A stretch of 64,000 nucleotides of DNA. It comes from Longimicrobiales bacterium (lineage in GTDB: Bacteria > Gemmatimonadota > Gemmatimonadetes > Longimicrobiales > Gaopeijiaceae). Positions 10,112 to 22,975 of this stretch are shown piece after piece; within the stretch, counting starts at the first letter, position 1, and every line of letters begins with the position of its first letter. The notes below the pieces were generated by a model that did no database searches, was not told the origin of the DNA, and saw only the letters and a list, made by a program, of their open reading frames with translations. Made by a program: the position numbers and the translations under genes. The stretch lies in assembly GCA_965238005.1 (NCBI GenBank), contig OZ250165.1, forward strand, positions 3,712,001 through 3,776,000, in the 5' to 3' direction.

Positions 10112-10142
10112 GGTAGTGGGTCAGTTAAACTGACCCACTACC
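10112..10142. mobile_element. 31-bp transposon remnant (abutted TIRs) with 8-bp target duplication
   Basis: GGTAGTGGGTCAGTT-A-AACTGACCCACTACC is a perfect 15-bp inverted repeat, flanked by GTTCCCCG at 10104-10111 and 10143-10150. Confidence 0.7.
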
Positions 10143-10210
10143 GTTCCCCGTACGCCTCGAATGCAAGCGTACTTATTGTACGGCTGCACTAACCACGGTC
10201 CTCGCCGACG

Positions 10211-13096
<2,886 letters not shown>

Positions 13097-13204
13097 AGCC
13101 TTTTAGGATACCGAAGACGCGGCTTCCGCTCAAAGGTGGGGGTCGGAAGCGTGAACTCCGGGAAAGGGGCGCCGGCTGAAACCCCGCCTAACCCGCTCCA
13201 GCCC

Positions 13205-14059
13205 CTACCTTCCGGCCTCGGCGGCCTGGGTCCGCAGCGCGGCCACACGCTCGTCGGTAGGCGGATGCGTGCGGAAGAGCCCCGTGAGCCCGGGCCTGCG
13301 CGCCCCGGCCAACGGGTTCACGATGGCCAGCTGGGCAGCGGCGGGGTTCACCCGCATGGGGATCTGGAGGGCGTGCTGCTCCAGGCGTTGGAGCGCTCCC
13401 GCGAGGGCCATCGGATCGCCGACGATCTCGCCGCCGGTCCGGTCCGCCTGGAACTCGTTGGAGCGGCTGATGGCGAATTGGATGATCATGGCGCCGATGG
13501 GAGCCAGGATGGCCATGAGCAGAACAGCGAACGGGTTGTTGTCGTTGTCGCGACCACCGCCCAGGATCATGCCCCAGCGGGCCACGCTCCCGAGCATGGC
13601 TACGGCGCCCGCCATGGTCGCCGCCAGGGTGCTCACCAGCATATGCCGGTGCTTGATGTGCGCCAGCTCGTGGGCCGTGACACCCTCCAGCTCACTGGCC
13701 GGCAGAGCCTGCAGGATCCCTCTCGTGAAGCAGACGGCGGCGGTCTCGGGGCCACGCCCCGTGGCGAAGGCGTTGGGCTGATCCTGTGGCGACACCGCCA
13801 CCCTGGGCATGGGAAGCCCAGCTCTCTGCCTCAGCCGATCCACCATCTGGTAAAGCTCGGGCGCATCGTCGGGGCCGATGATTTGGGCCTTGTACATGCG
13901 GAGGACGGCACGGTCGCTGAACCAGTACACGCCCAGGTTCATGACCGCGGCGATGCCGAGGAACAGCATCGCGCCGCTCTGTCCACCCAGATATTGCCCG
14001 AAAAGCATCAGGAGAGCGGTGAGCCCTGCCATCAGCATGAAAACCTTCATCTGTCGCAT
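13205..14059 (-). CDS. htpX: Zinc metalloprotease HtpX
   Basis: PNAFATGR, HELAH (HExxH), ISRSNEFQAD, FRTHPP. Confidence 0.95.
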   Translation of the reverse strand: MRQMKVFMLMAGLTALLMLFGQYLGGQSGAMLFLGIAAVMNLGVYWFSDRAVLRMYKAQIIGPDDAPELYQMVDRLRQRAGLPMPRVAVSPQDQPNAFATGRGPETAAVCFTRGILQALPASELEGVTAHELAHIKHRHMLVSTLAATMAGAVAMLGSVARWGMILGGGRDNDNNPFAVLLMAILAPIGAMIIQFAISRSNEFQADRTGGEIVGDPMALAGALQRLEQHALQIPMRVNPAAAQLAIVNPLAGARRPGLTGLFRTHPPTDERVAALRTQAAEAGR

Positions 14060-14167
14060 TACGGGAAGCTCCTGCGATCGGTGTGTTTCGACGGGTAGGG
14101 CTCATACCCTAGATCGGGACCGAGGGTGCCGCCACGGCGCTGATTGACCGACTCGGCGCCGCAGAGC

Positions 14168-15645
14168 TCACCGCTGTTTCGGTTCGAGAGTGAAACGTAA
14201 GATCGCCCCCTCTCCTAGGATGCCCTGGGCCCACACTCGTCCGCCGTGGCGACGCACGATTCGCTCCACGGTGGCCAGCCCGAGTCCGCTCCCCGCGAAC
14301 TCCACCTTGGTATGGAGCCGCTCGAAGGCTCGGAAGATTCGCTCACGGTCGGCGTTGTCGAAGCCGATCCCATTGTCTCGGACGTGGTAGGTCGGGACAT
14401 CACTCTCGTCCTCGTTCGGCGTCCAGCTCGATCCGAGCGTCATCGTTAGGACCGGTGTACTTCCATGCGTTCTGGAGCAGGTTAGTCAGGAGAATCCTCA
14501 AAAGCGTTTTGTCCCCAAAGGCCGTGATTCCCGGCTCCGCCTCGAACCTCACTTCGCGGTCCGGGACCAAAGCCCTCAAATCGGCGATGATCTCGTGACC
14601 CAACGATGACAAGTCGACTTCCTCTTGACTGATCTCGCCGCGGTTCACGTCAGCGAGGTCGCGAAGGTCGTCGATGATATGCGTCATGTGCCGGCCCGCG
14701 GCCCGAATGCGCCGTAAGTAGTCTTGCTGCTGTTCATCGAGAGAGTCGCCAACCGCTTCGTCGAGGTACTCGCTGAACTGGGTCACGCTCAGCAAGGGGA
14801 TCTTCAGGTCGTGCGTTACTGAGTCGCTGAACGCCTCTAACTCCCGGTTCGCCGCTTCGAGTGCCGCAACCGACCGCTCATGGTGTTGCTCGATTTGCTT
14901 TCGATCGGTCGTATCGCGCACCTCCACCAGGACCCCCGACACTGAGCCGTCGGCCTCGAAGAACGGGTCGTACCGCACATCGACGTGCCGACGGCCACGA
15001 CTTGGCGAGTTCCACCAGAAGTCGAAGGTCACCCGCTCACCCAATAGGCAGCGATCCAAGTGGGGCTTCAGCGTCGTTTCAAAAGCCTTCTCTCCAAACA
15101 CTTCGGCTACGGTGTGCCCAAGAATCTCCTCCTGAGTCCGCCGGTGTTCATCACGGTAGACTTGGTTCACTGCCCGATACGTATACGTAGCATCAACAAA
15201 CACCATGAGATCGCTACTAGCGGTGACCATGGACTTATACCATTGAAGTGTCTTCTCCGTCCGGTCTAGCTCCCGCACTCGTGACGTGGCGTTCTCGCCG
15301 GTGATCAAGAGCTTGCTCTCGTCCAACGGTATTACGCACCCGGAGAACACGCCTGGCGGGACCTCGGCATCTTCGTATGCTACCTCGCCGAAATCGACTA
15401 TCTGCTGGTTTGCGAGCGCCTGCTCGTAGGTATCAAGATCTCCCACGGTGCGAAGTCCAGGGAACACGTCCGCGATGTTCCGACCGATGACGTCTTCCTC
15501 TCGGACACTTCGCCATGCGGCGCTCTTCCGAGCCGCCGAGTTGACGTCCAGGATGTAGAACTCTCCTGGCCCTCGGCGCTCGAGGATCAGGCCCGCAAAG
15601 GGAGAATTGTGGAACGCCGCTTGGTGGGCGGGGGGGGGGGGGCAT
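14168..15645 (-). pseudogene. PAS-domain sensor histidine kinase, frameshifted twice
   Basis: PAS, HisKA (SVTHDLKIPL), N-box (NLLQNAWKY). The HATPase G-boxes ([14 protein letters not shown]) are in another frame after about 14410. A G13 run (15630-15642) right after ATG 15645 also breaks the frame. Confidence 0.8.
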
Positions 15646-15895
15646 GGCCGGTGGCTCCAACCGGATCAACGAGACTTCTCTTGAGCCTCAATGGCTGCGC
15701 TGCATTGTGCAGCCTACGCAGTCAAAGCGCTACCGCGGGCCGACCAAATCTGACACCAAGCGGTATCCCGCCCTGCTCAGCGAAGGGGCGCCGCGTCCAA
15801 CCGGATCGCTTGCGCCCGTGGCCCCTAAACCACCGAGTGCGTGTCGAGGCTTGAAGCTCGCAGGTCGGCGAGAGCTTTCTGTGCAGCGCACTACA

Positions 15896-15941
15896 CTAGT
15901 ACGCCCACTCGACTAGTACGCCCACTTAGTACGCCCACTCG
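15896..15941. repeat. Triplication of the tamB 3' end
   Basis: TAGTACGCCCACT starts at 15897, 15914 and 15927; the last copy is the real EWAY-stop. Confidence 0.85.
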
Positions 15942-18900
15942 CGGAAGATGAACAGGCCGAGCCCCTTCTCGTTCTGGATGCCCAGCTCGTTGAAGCCCAC
16001 CACCCGGCCCCTGAAGAAGCGATCCTCGAAGAAGGATTCGATGGTGTAGGCGTTGGAGGCCACCCACTCGAAGCGGATGCCGGCGAACTGGCTCCCGGCG
16101 CCCTGGTTGGCCAGCGGCCTGAGGAGCAGAGTGACGAAGAAGTCGTCGGCCAGGTAGAAGCCCGTCTCCACGACGGTCGTGCCCAGCGTTCCTCGAAGGC
16201 TGGCGTCACCCAGAGCTCCGAGGTCCTGCTGCGTGATGGACAGGTAGTCCACGCCCAGCTCCTGGGCGACCGCCGATCCGAGGCGGTTGCTGAACGTGCT
16301 GAGACCCAGTGTCACGCCCGAGCCCAGGAGGGCACCGGCGGCCCCCAGAGCCTGAGTCTGGCCCGAGGTCAGGGCGTAGGTGGGCCGGCCGAAGTAGAGG
16401 TAGCTGAGGAGGTCGTCTTCGGTGACGCCCGCCCGGTCGCTGGTGAGGCCGATCCGAGGCGAGACCAGAGTGCCCGTGACGGCGGCCGTGATGGTGAAGC
16501 GATCTCCCTGGGCGGAGCGAACGCGATTGCTCGCCTGGATGTTCAGATCGGGGTTGATGCCGGGTGTCCCGAGGAAGCGCAGGGTGCCCCCGTCCACCTG
16601 GAACTGTCTCCCGAAGGCCCCGTACGATCCGCGCACCGCCTCAAGCGTGCCCACCATGGCCAGGTCCTGCGTGAGGCGGTCGTAGAGCACCTGGAGCTCG
16701 CCGTCGAGCTCCACGTCCATGTGGTCGCTGCGGATCCAGCTGTTGCGCTGCACCGTCAGGGTCATGTTCTCCATGCGGATGTTCCGCAGGAAGGGATTCT
16801 GTCCGGCCAGGAGCGGACGGAGGTCCACTACCGAGGTATCCACCACCTCGTAGAACGCGGGATCCGAAAGATCCACGATCTCGGCGGCGCGCTGGAATTC
16901 CTCCACGAACAGCGTCCCCTCGTCCACCCGGAGATCGCCGGAGACCACGGGGCGCCGGTACGACCCTTCCACCCGGAAGTCCCCGCTCAGGCGGCCGGTG
17001 ACGTCCCGGCGGTCCATCCCCTGGAAGGCGTCGAGACTCACCGACAGGTCGAAGCCCGGATCGGAAGCCGGTGCCAGGGTCACGGTCCCCTGCACATTGG
17101 CCGTTCCCAAAGCCCGGACGCTGCCGTCCACCTCCACCCGACCGTCGGGGAACCAGTCCAGCGTCCCGTTCAGATCCTGGTGACGGACCCCGAGGCCCCG
17201 GAGGAAGGCGCCACCCTCGGACACGGTGAGCTGGCCGCTGGGGGCCAGGCTCTCCGTCGTGCCTCCCAGCTGGACGCGCCCGGACAGGGTGCCCTCCACT
17301 TCCTGGTAGCTCTCGAACGGCGCCATGAGCAGAGAGAGCGGCAGCTGCTGTGAGGCGACCACGAGATCGATGCGCTCGTCAGGGATCCGATCCGGCACGG
17401 CGTGGAAGGCCAGATCCAGGGGCAGCTCCCCGCTCACCGTCAGGACCTGCACCGAATCCTTCCACAGCTCGATCCCACCCATGGCGGTCCGGTTCCCGTA
17501 GTCCCAGGCCCCCACGAGCCGGTCGAACTCGTACTCCCGGAAGCGGAAGTCCGCCGTGGAGAGCGACCCCGACATAACTGGCTCGACGTCGATTCCGGTG
17601 ACCTCGAGCTCCACGTCCACCACCCCCTCCAGGCGCTCGCTCATCTGAAGCACGTGGGCGATGCGGCTGACGTCGAGACCCTCAACGCTCAACTCGAAGT
17701 CGGCTTCACCCTGGAACGGCAGGCGCCCGTGGGCCCGGAGGCGCATACCTCCGATCCCGGGACGGATCACCCGCAGGCCCCGGAAGGTGAGCCCGTCCGG
17801 ATCCCACGAGATGGTGGCCGGACCTCCCAGGTTCCACCGCTCGTCGGGGAAGCGCAGCACCAGCTCGTCGAGGTGGAGGGTCCGTACCGCGTCTTCCAGC
17901 TCGAACGCGACCCTGGCCTGGTAGCTCTCGTCCTCGGCCTTCACGATGAGCAGGTTCACGCGGCCTCGGGGCTCCTGGTACTCCAGGCGCACGGAGATGG
18001 AGTCGAAGGCCCGGGCGAGGAAGCGAACCTCGTCCCCGTCGATCTGTGCCTCGATTTCCCGCTCCGGCGAGAACAGGCCGTTGGCCGAGAACGTAGCGGC
18101 GGCGTCTCCCAACCGGCTGTCCCCATAGCGGCCATCCTCCAGACGAGCCTGCCCCGAGACGTCGAGGTCCTCCAGGGAACCGGCCAGCGTGAGGTCCCCG
18201 TCCAGGCGCCCCGCCACGAAGACCTGCGCCAGCGTGGGCAGGGTGTCGACATCGATGTCTTCCAGAGCCAGGATGCTGAGCTCGAGGGCCGAGAGGGTGT
18301 CCCTGGCGATGACGTTGGGTCCCAGGAGCAGGGGCCGAAGTCCCTCCAGGTTCTCGGTATCGAATCGGACGTGGAGCTCCTCGGTGGATTCGCTGCCGGT
18401 CAGGGCGAGCCGCCCCGCTCCCTCCACCGCTACACCACCGATGACGCTCTGGACGGTGTCCACGGTGAGGACGCCTTTGGAGATCCGGAGCTGGACCGCC
18501 GCCGTGTCCACCTCGAGATGGGCGAAGCGCGAGGCCGTCAGCTGCACGTCACCCGACAGCTCGGCGGTTCTGAGATCGCCTCCCTCCCCACGGAGATCCA
18601 GGGACCCGGAGAAGACCGTGCCTTCCGGAAGTGCGGGCAGCACCTCCCGAACGTCGAAGTCACGGGCTTCGCCCAGGAGGCGATAGGACGTCAGGGGCGA
18701 TCGTACGTCGAAACGACTCTCCAGCGTGAGCTCGCCTCCGCCCGTTACCAGGTCCGTCCTCAGGGCCACGGCCGAGAGGGGACCCTCGGCGTGGACGGTC
18801 CCCCGCACCACACCCAGCCGAGAAAGGGGCGACTCCTCCCCGAACAGTCCGGTGATGGAGAGCGGCCTCAGATCTCCGTCCAAGAACACGAACACCTCGC

Positions 18901-20476
18901 CCTCCACGTCCGTCAGGCTGCCCTCGACGGAGATGTGGGAATCCTCCGAATCCGGGTTGGGATAGGTAGCGTCCAGCACAACCCGCACGCCCTCGTCCAG
19001 GCGACCGTCTGCCCTGAGGTCGAGGCTCATGGCCCCGGCCAGGCGAAGTCCCTCCGCGAAGCGGTTCGCCAGGCTGAGGTCGATGGGCGTGAACCGCGCG
19101 TGCAGGTCGGTGGCGCCCACGGGCCCGTGGAGGTGCAGGACACCTTCGATCTCCCCACCCGAGGGTCCCGCACCCGGCTCCAGGAGGGCCACCCGCCCCG
19201 TCACGGCCAGGGCGTCCATGGTGCCGGAAAGGCCCAGGTACCCGTGGATCTTCCCGTCCAGCGGCGGCGTCCACGGAAGCAAGTCGGCCAGAAAGGAGAC
19301 CGGGATCCCCGAGACCTCTACCGACACGTCCTCCAGGAATGCCTCCCCTCCTCGGGGCCGGCTGAACACACCGTCCCCGACGAACTCACCACCCTCCACA
19401 TCGAAGCGTGCCCCGGACCAGCGGACCTGGAGCCCGTCCGGGCCTAGCTTCACCCCGATCCCCGCACTCCCCTGCGCGGCGGGGAGGCTCGGCTGCAGCC
19501 ACCGCAGGTCTGCCATGTCGAGGCGGGTGGCCACGAAGTCCAGCGTCAGCTCAGGCGGCGACCCCTCAATGAGATCGACGGTGGCAAGCCCGCTGGCCTC
19601 CGTCCCCGGAAGCCTGAGGCGCTCAGCGGTGACCGTGATGCGGTCATGGAGCCACTCCACCCGTCCACCGAACTCCTGGACCCGGACCGGGTCCCGGAAG
19701 ACCTCACCCTCCATGGTGAACCCACCCACATCCACCCGCAGGCCCTCCACTTCGGGATCTATGATGGAGAGCCGAGCCAGGTGGGCGTCGATCGCGCGGA
19801 ATCCGAGGCTCCGCATGAGCCCTTCCCCGTCGGGTGCGGGCACCGTGACGATGCGCGACTCGGGTGCGGGTGCCGAGGAGAGAGGGTAACGCACGTCGAG
19901 GCTGCCCTCGTAGATGGTCACGTCTTCCAGCACCAACCGCCTGTCACCTTCCGGCTCCGCCTCCCCGGCGACCCGCTCCGCGCTGGCCACCTCTTCGGTT
20001 GCCCCCTCCTCGGTTGCCGCCTCCTCACCGGCACGCTCCTGGGATGGGGCTTCCACGCTGCCGGCCTGTTTGCCCGCCAAGAACGCGGATACGTTGAAGC
20101 GTTCCCCTTGGCGGGGGCGCGTGATGGTGAAGGTGGGCCGCCACAGGGTGACGCCCGACAGGAGGACGTCACCCCTCAGGATGCTGCCGACCGAGTACTC
20201 CGCCTCCAGCGAGTCCACCACGAGTAGGGGACTGCCGTCGGGCGCGATGACCTGGACCCCCACCAGCTTTGCCCCTCTGTGGAGGCCGGTGGAGCGGATC
20301 CCCGACACCAGGATCTCACCGTTCACCGCGCCCTCCACCCGCTGCAGCACCGCCTCGAGCACGAGAGCCTGTCCAACACTGGTGCGCGTCAGGAGGAAGA
20401 ACGTCGACAGGGCACCGGCCCCTACGGCCAACAGGACGATGGCAGCGAGCCTCACGGACTTCCGCACCCGTCCCAT
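15926..20476 (-). CDS. tamB: Translocation and assembly module TamB
   Basis: 1516 aa, N-terminal TM anchor, beta-rich body, C-terminal DUF490-like region (NPDLNIQA, DLLSYLYFG). Confidence 0.88.
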   Translation of the reverse strand: MGRVRKSVRLAAIVLLAVGAGALSTFFLLTRTSVGQALVLEAVLQRVEGAVNGEILVSGIRSTGLHRGAKLVGVQVIAPDGSPLLVVDSLEAEYSVGSILRGDVLLSGVTLWRPTFTITRPRQGERFNVSAFLAGKQAGSVEAPSQERAGEEAATEEGATEEVASAERVAGEAEPEGDRRLVLEDVTIYEGSLDVRYPLSSAPAPESRIVTVPAPDGEGLMRSLGFRAIDAHLARLSIIDPEVEGLRVDVGGFTMEGEVFRDPVRVQEFGGRVEWLHDRITVTAERLRLPGTEASGLATVDLIEGSPPELTLDFVATRLDMADLRWLQPSLPAAQGSAGIGVKLGPDGLQVRWSGARFDVEGGEFVGDGVFSRPRGGEAFLEDVSVEVSGIPVSFLADLLPWTPPLDGKIHGYLGLSGTMDALAVTGRVALLEPGAGPSGGEIEGVLHLHGPVGATDLHARFTPIDLSLANRFAEGLRLAGAMSLDLRADGRLDEGVRVVLDATYPNPDSEDSHISVEGSLTDVEGEVFVFLDGDLRPLSITGLFGEESPLSRLGVVRGTVHAEGPLSAVALRTDLVTGGGELTLESRFDVRSPLTSYRLLGEARDFDVREVLPALPEGTVFSGSLDLRGEGGDLRTAELSGDVQLTASRFAHLEVDTAAVQLRISKGVLTVDTVQSVIGGVAVEGAGRLALTGSESTEELHVRFDTENLEGLRPLLLGPNVIARDTLSALELSILALEDIDVDTLPTLAQVFVAGRLDGDLTLAGSLEDLDVSGQARLEDGRYGDSRLGDAAATFSANGLFSPEREIEAQIDGDEVRFLARAFDSISVRLEYQEPRGRVNLLIVKAEDESYQARVAFELEDAVRTLHLDELVLRFPDERWNLGGPATISWDPDGLTFRGLRVIRPGIGGMRLRAHGRLPFQGEADFELSVEGLDVSRIAHVLQMSERLEGVVDVELEVTGIDVEPVMSGSLSTADFRFREYEFDRLVGAWDYGNRTAMGGIELWKDSVQVLTVSGELPLDLAFHAVPDRIPDERIDLVVASQQLPLSLLMAPFESYQEVEGTLSGRVQLGGTTESLAPSGQLTVSEGGAFLRGLGVRHQDLNGTLDWFPDGRVEVDGSVRALGTANVQGTVTLAPASDPGFDLSVSLDAFQGMDRRDVTGRLSGDFRVEGSYRRPVVSGDLRVDEGTLFVEEFQRAAEIVDLSDPAFYEVVDTSVVDLRPLLAGQNPFLRNIRMENMTLTVQRNSWIRSDHMDVELDGELQVLYDRLTQDLAMVGTLEAVRGSYGAFGRQFQVDGGTLRFLGTPGINPDLNIQASNRVRSAQGDRFTITAAVTGTLVSPRIGLTSDRAGVTEDDLLSYLYFGRPTYALTSGQTQALGAAGALLGSGVTLGLSTFSNRLGSAVAQELGVDYLSITQQDLGALGDASLRGTLGTTVVETGFYLADDFFVTLLLRPLANQGAGSQFAGIRFEWVASNAYTIESFFEDRFFRGRVVGFNELGIQNEKGLGLFIFREWAY

Positions 20477-20477
20477 C

Positions 20478-22730
20478 TCAGAACGCCTGCCCGATGCTCA
20501 GGTGGAGCTGGAGGCGACGCAGGGAGAATCGGCCGGTGGGGCCGAAGGCCACGGGGGGCCCCAGAACGGCCAGCTCGTCCACGAGCACGAAGTCGAGGGT
20601 CTCCTCCGTGCCGTTCACGAAGCGGGTGATCCTGTCCGACTCGTCGTCACGAGTCGGGTCGAAGGGTCGGATCTGGGAGGTCACGACCTGCAGATCTTCG
20701 ACCCCACGGAAGCGGTAGCCCAAGTCGATGCGAATGGGCCCAACGGGGCTCAGGTAACGGACGCCCACACCCGGCGCCACCTCGAACCTGCTTGTGGCCC
20801 CGGACTCTGCCTCGGCCCAGATCCGGCCGAAGTCGGCGAAGATGGCGGCCTCTACCCGGGCTCCCAGGGGCACCCGGTACTCGAGCCCTCCCTCGACGAC
20901 GACGCGGCCGCCGGTGGGCCGGGGAGTCCCGAAGGCCCGGTCATCCAACGGATTCGCGTTGCAAGTAACGTCAACGATCTCCCCGGGCGTGCAGGGCGGC
21001 CCCACGGTCTCCGACACCGAAGAGAGGAGCCGGGTGACGTCCACCGTGAGGACCCGCGGTCCGAGCTGGTTCTGGGCGAAGCCCCGCACGCTGTTCGCGC
21101 CGCCGGCGTAGAACCGCTTCTGCGGGTGGATGATGTCGGCGCTTCCGCCCAACAGGCTGAATGTGCCCGCGCCGATCCAGCCGGCCTGGACCCTGACCGC
21201 GAACACCTGGCCATGGCTGGCCTGCTGATACCTCGTCACGCCGGCGAAGACCCGGTTGTACTCGAAGTCCGATCCCGTGACGCTCGAGGCGTGCTCCACG
21301 TTCAAGAGCGCCTGATAGCCCTGGGTGGGGTTCAGGAGGCTGTTGGTGCGATCGCGCACGACTTTGAAGGCCAGAGGCGCCAGCCAGTTGGGATCCTGAA
21401 GGCCGGAGATGTCCTCAGGGGTGCATACGAGGAAGGTGGTGCAGAAGAACACCTCTGCCGCCTCGAGCTGGGTGAGCTGGGGCCGATAGGCGAAGCTGAG
21501 AGACGTGTACGGCCCCACGTTACGCGACAAGGACAGATCGAGACCGATGGCCTGGCGGACGAACACGTCCTGGAGGCTTTGGCGCTCGTGGAACAAGCTC
21601 GCACCAAGGGCGAAGCGCTGGCTGAAGATCCACGGTTGGCTGAAGTCGGCCGACACCAGCCAGTTGAGGCCCCCGAAGTCGCCGACGCCCGACTGCCGAC
21701 AGATCTCGTCGTGCAGGTCTTCGGACATGAGGTTGGACAGACGTGCCCGAGCCTGAAGACGGCGCGCCCCGCCAAAGAAATTCCGGCTCGTCCACCGGCC
21801 CTCGGTATTCACGCAGTCCGAGGTGCTCCACCCCGCTCCCGTCCTCACCCGATGCACGTTGCCCTCGGTCACCCTGACCTGAAGGGGCACGACGGTATCG
21901 GGAAGCGACCCCGCCGGATCCACCGTCTCGTCTATGGAGGCGTGCTGGATCATCTCGATGGAGTAGAGGTTGCGCTGCGCCTCGAGCCTACGGGCTTGCG
22001 AGTACTCCTGGCCCTCCTGGAATGGCAGCATGCGCCGGATCACTCCCTCGGAGAGCTTCTGACGGCCCACGACGGTGACCGGGCCGAAGACGGCATGGGG
22101 CCCCTCGTCCACATCGAAGGTCACGTGGGCTTCGTAGGGCGTATTGGCCGGGACCAGAGACGTGCGCATCACGTCCGCGCGGGGATATCCGCGGTTCTGG
22201 AGCCGCTGGATCAACGTGTCCCGGGCCGCGTCGAGGTCGATGGAGCTGAGAAGGTCGCCCTCGCGGATGGGCAGATCGGCGGCGAGGTCCGGTTCCTCCA
22301 GCCCTTCAATCCCCACGACGTCCAGCGTCGAGACGCGAACGGGGCGTCCCTCCTCTATCTGGAAGAGGATCGACACCCGGTCGTCGTCCGGTCGGGTGAT
22401 GACCGTATCGACCTGTGCCTCCTTGAAGCCGCGGCTGCCGTAGTAGCTCCGCAGCCTGAGGATGTCTCCGGGAAGCTCGCGCTCATTGAGCGACTGATGG
22501 CTGATGCTGAACCCCGCGCCGAAAGCGCAGAACGGAGCCAAGACGAACGAGCGGCACCGTGTCTCGCGATTGAAGATGGCCCGGGAGAGGGAGTCGTCCG
22601 GGAACGCCACGTTGCCCCTGAAGTCGATGCTGCTGAGCTCCACCTGGGAAGCCTGGGCAGCCAGGGTGCCGGAGCCCGCGCCTGCGAGCGCCAGCAGGGC
22701 CGGGAGCGCGAAGAGGGTGGCGGCGCGCAT
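20478..22730 (-). CDS. tamA: TamA/BamA (Omp85) family outer-membrane protein
   Basis: POTRA repeats, RFYAGGANSVRGF, SPVGPIRIDLG, C-terminal SIGQAF. Start placed at ATG 22730 (signal peptide). Confidence 0.88.
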   Translation of the reverse strand: MRAATLFALPALLALAGAGSGTLAAQASQVELSSIDFRGNVAFPDDSLSRAIFNRETRCRSFVLAPFCAFGAGFSISHQSLNERELPGDILRLRSYYGSRGFKEAQVDTVITRPDDDRVSILFQIEEGRPVRVSTLDVVGIEGLEEPDLAADLPIREGDLLSSIDLDAARDTLIQRLQNRGYPRADVMRTSLVPANTPYEAHVTFDVDEGPHAVFGPVTVVGRQKLSEGVIRRMLPFQEGQEYSQARRLEAQRNLYSIEMIQHASIDETVDPAGSLPDTVVPLQVRVTEGNVHRVRTGAGWSTSDCVNTEGRWTSRNFFGGARRLQARARLSNLMSEDLHDEICRQSGVGDFGGLNWLVSADFSQPWIFSQRFALGASLFHERQSLQDVFVRQAIGLDLSLSRNVGPYTSLSFAYRPQLTQLEAAEVFFCTTFLVCTPEDISGLQDPNWLAPLAFKVVRDRTNSLLNPTQGYQALLNVEHASSVTGSDFEYNRVFAGVTRYQQASHGQVFAVRVQAGWIGAGTFSLLGGSADIIHPQKRFYAGGANSVRGFAQNQLGPRVLTVDVTRLLSSVSETVGPPCTPGEIVDVTCNANPLDDRAFGTPRPTGGRVVVEGGLEYRVPLGARVEAAIFADFGRIWAEAESGATSRFEVAPGVGVRYLSPVGPIRIDLGYRFRGVEDLQVVTSQIRPFDPTRDDESDRITRFVNGTEETLDFVLVDELAVLGPPVAFGPTGRFSLRRLQLHLSIGQAF

Positions 22731-22741
22731 GCCCGGTCCTA

Positions 22742-22778
22742 GTGTCCCGTCCCAGAAGTTCGCTGGCATCCGGAACAC
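22742..22778. mobile_element. IS630-like MITE remnant (37 bp)
   Basis: CTA-GTGTCCCGTCCCAGAAGTTCGC...GCATCCGGAACAC-TAG; left end matches the MITE at 7933. Confidence 0.65.
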
Positions 22779-22975
22779 TAGCCGTCCGTGTCCGCCGCGA
22801 GAGACAAGTCGGCCCCGGTCTTCCGAAGCCGCTTCGGGGCCTCCCTTTCGAGGCCCTCCCGTGCCAGGAACATGCGCACGAAGTAGAACGACACGGCGCC
22901 CACGCCCAGAGCAACTGCCAGAGCGCCCAGGGTCTCCCGCGGGCCGGGTTCCCGGTGGACGTAGAACCGGGTCAC
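22778..22975 (-). CDS. Small single-TM hypothetical protein
   Basis: GTG start overlaps the upstream TGA (GTGA); 65 aa with LGALAVALGVGAVSFYFV. Confidence 0.65.
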   Translation of the reverse strand: MTRFYVHREPGPRETLGALAVALGVGAVSFYFVRMFLAREGLEREAPKRLRKTGADLSLAADTDG

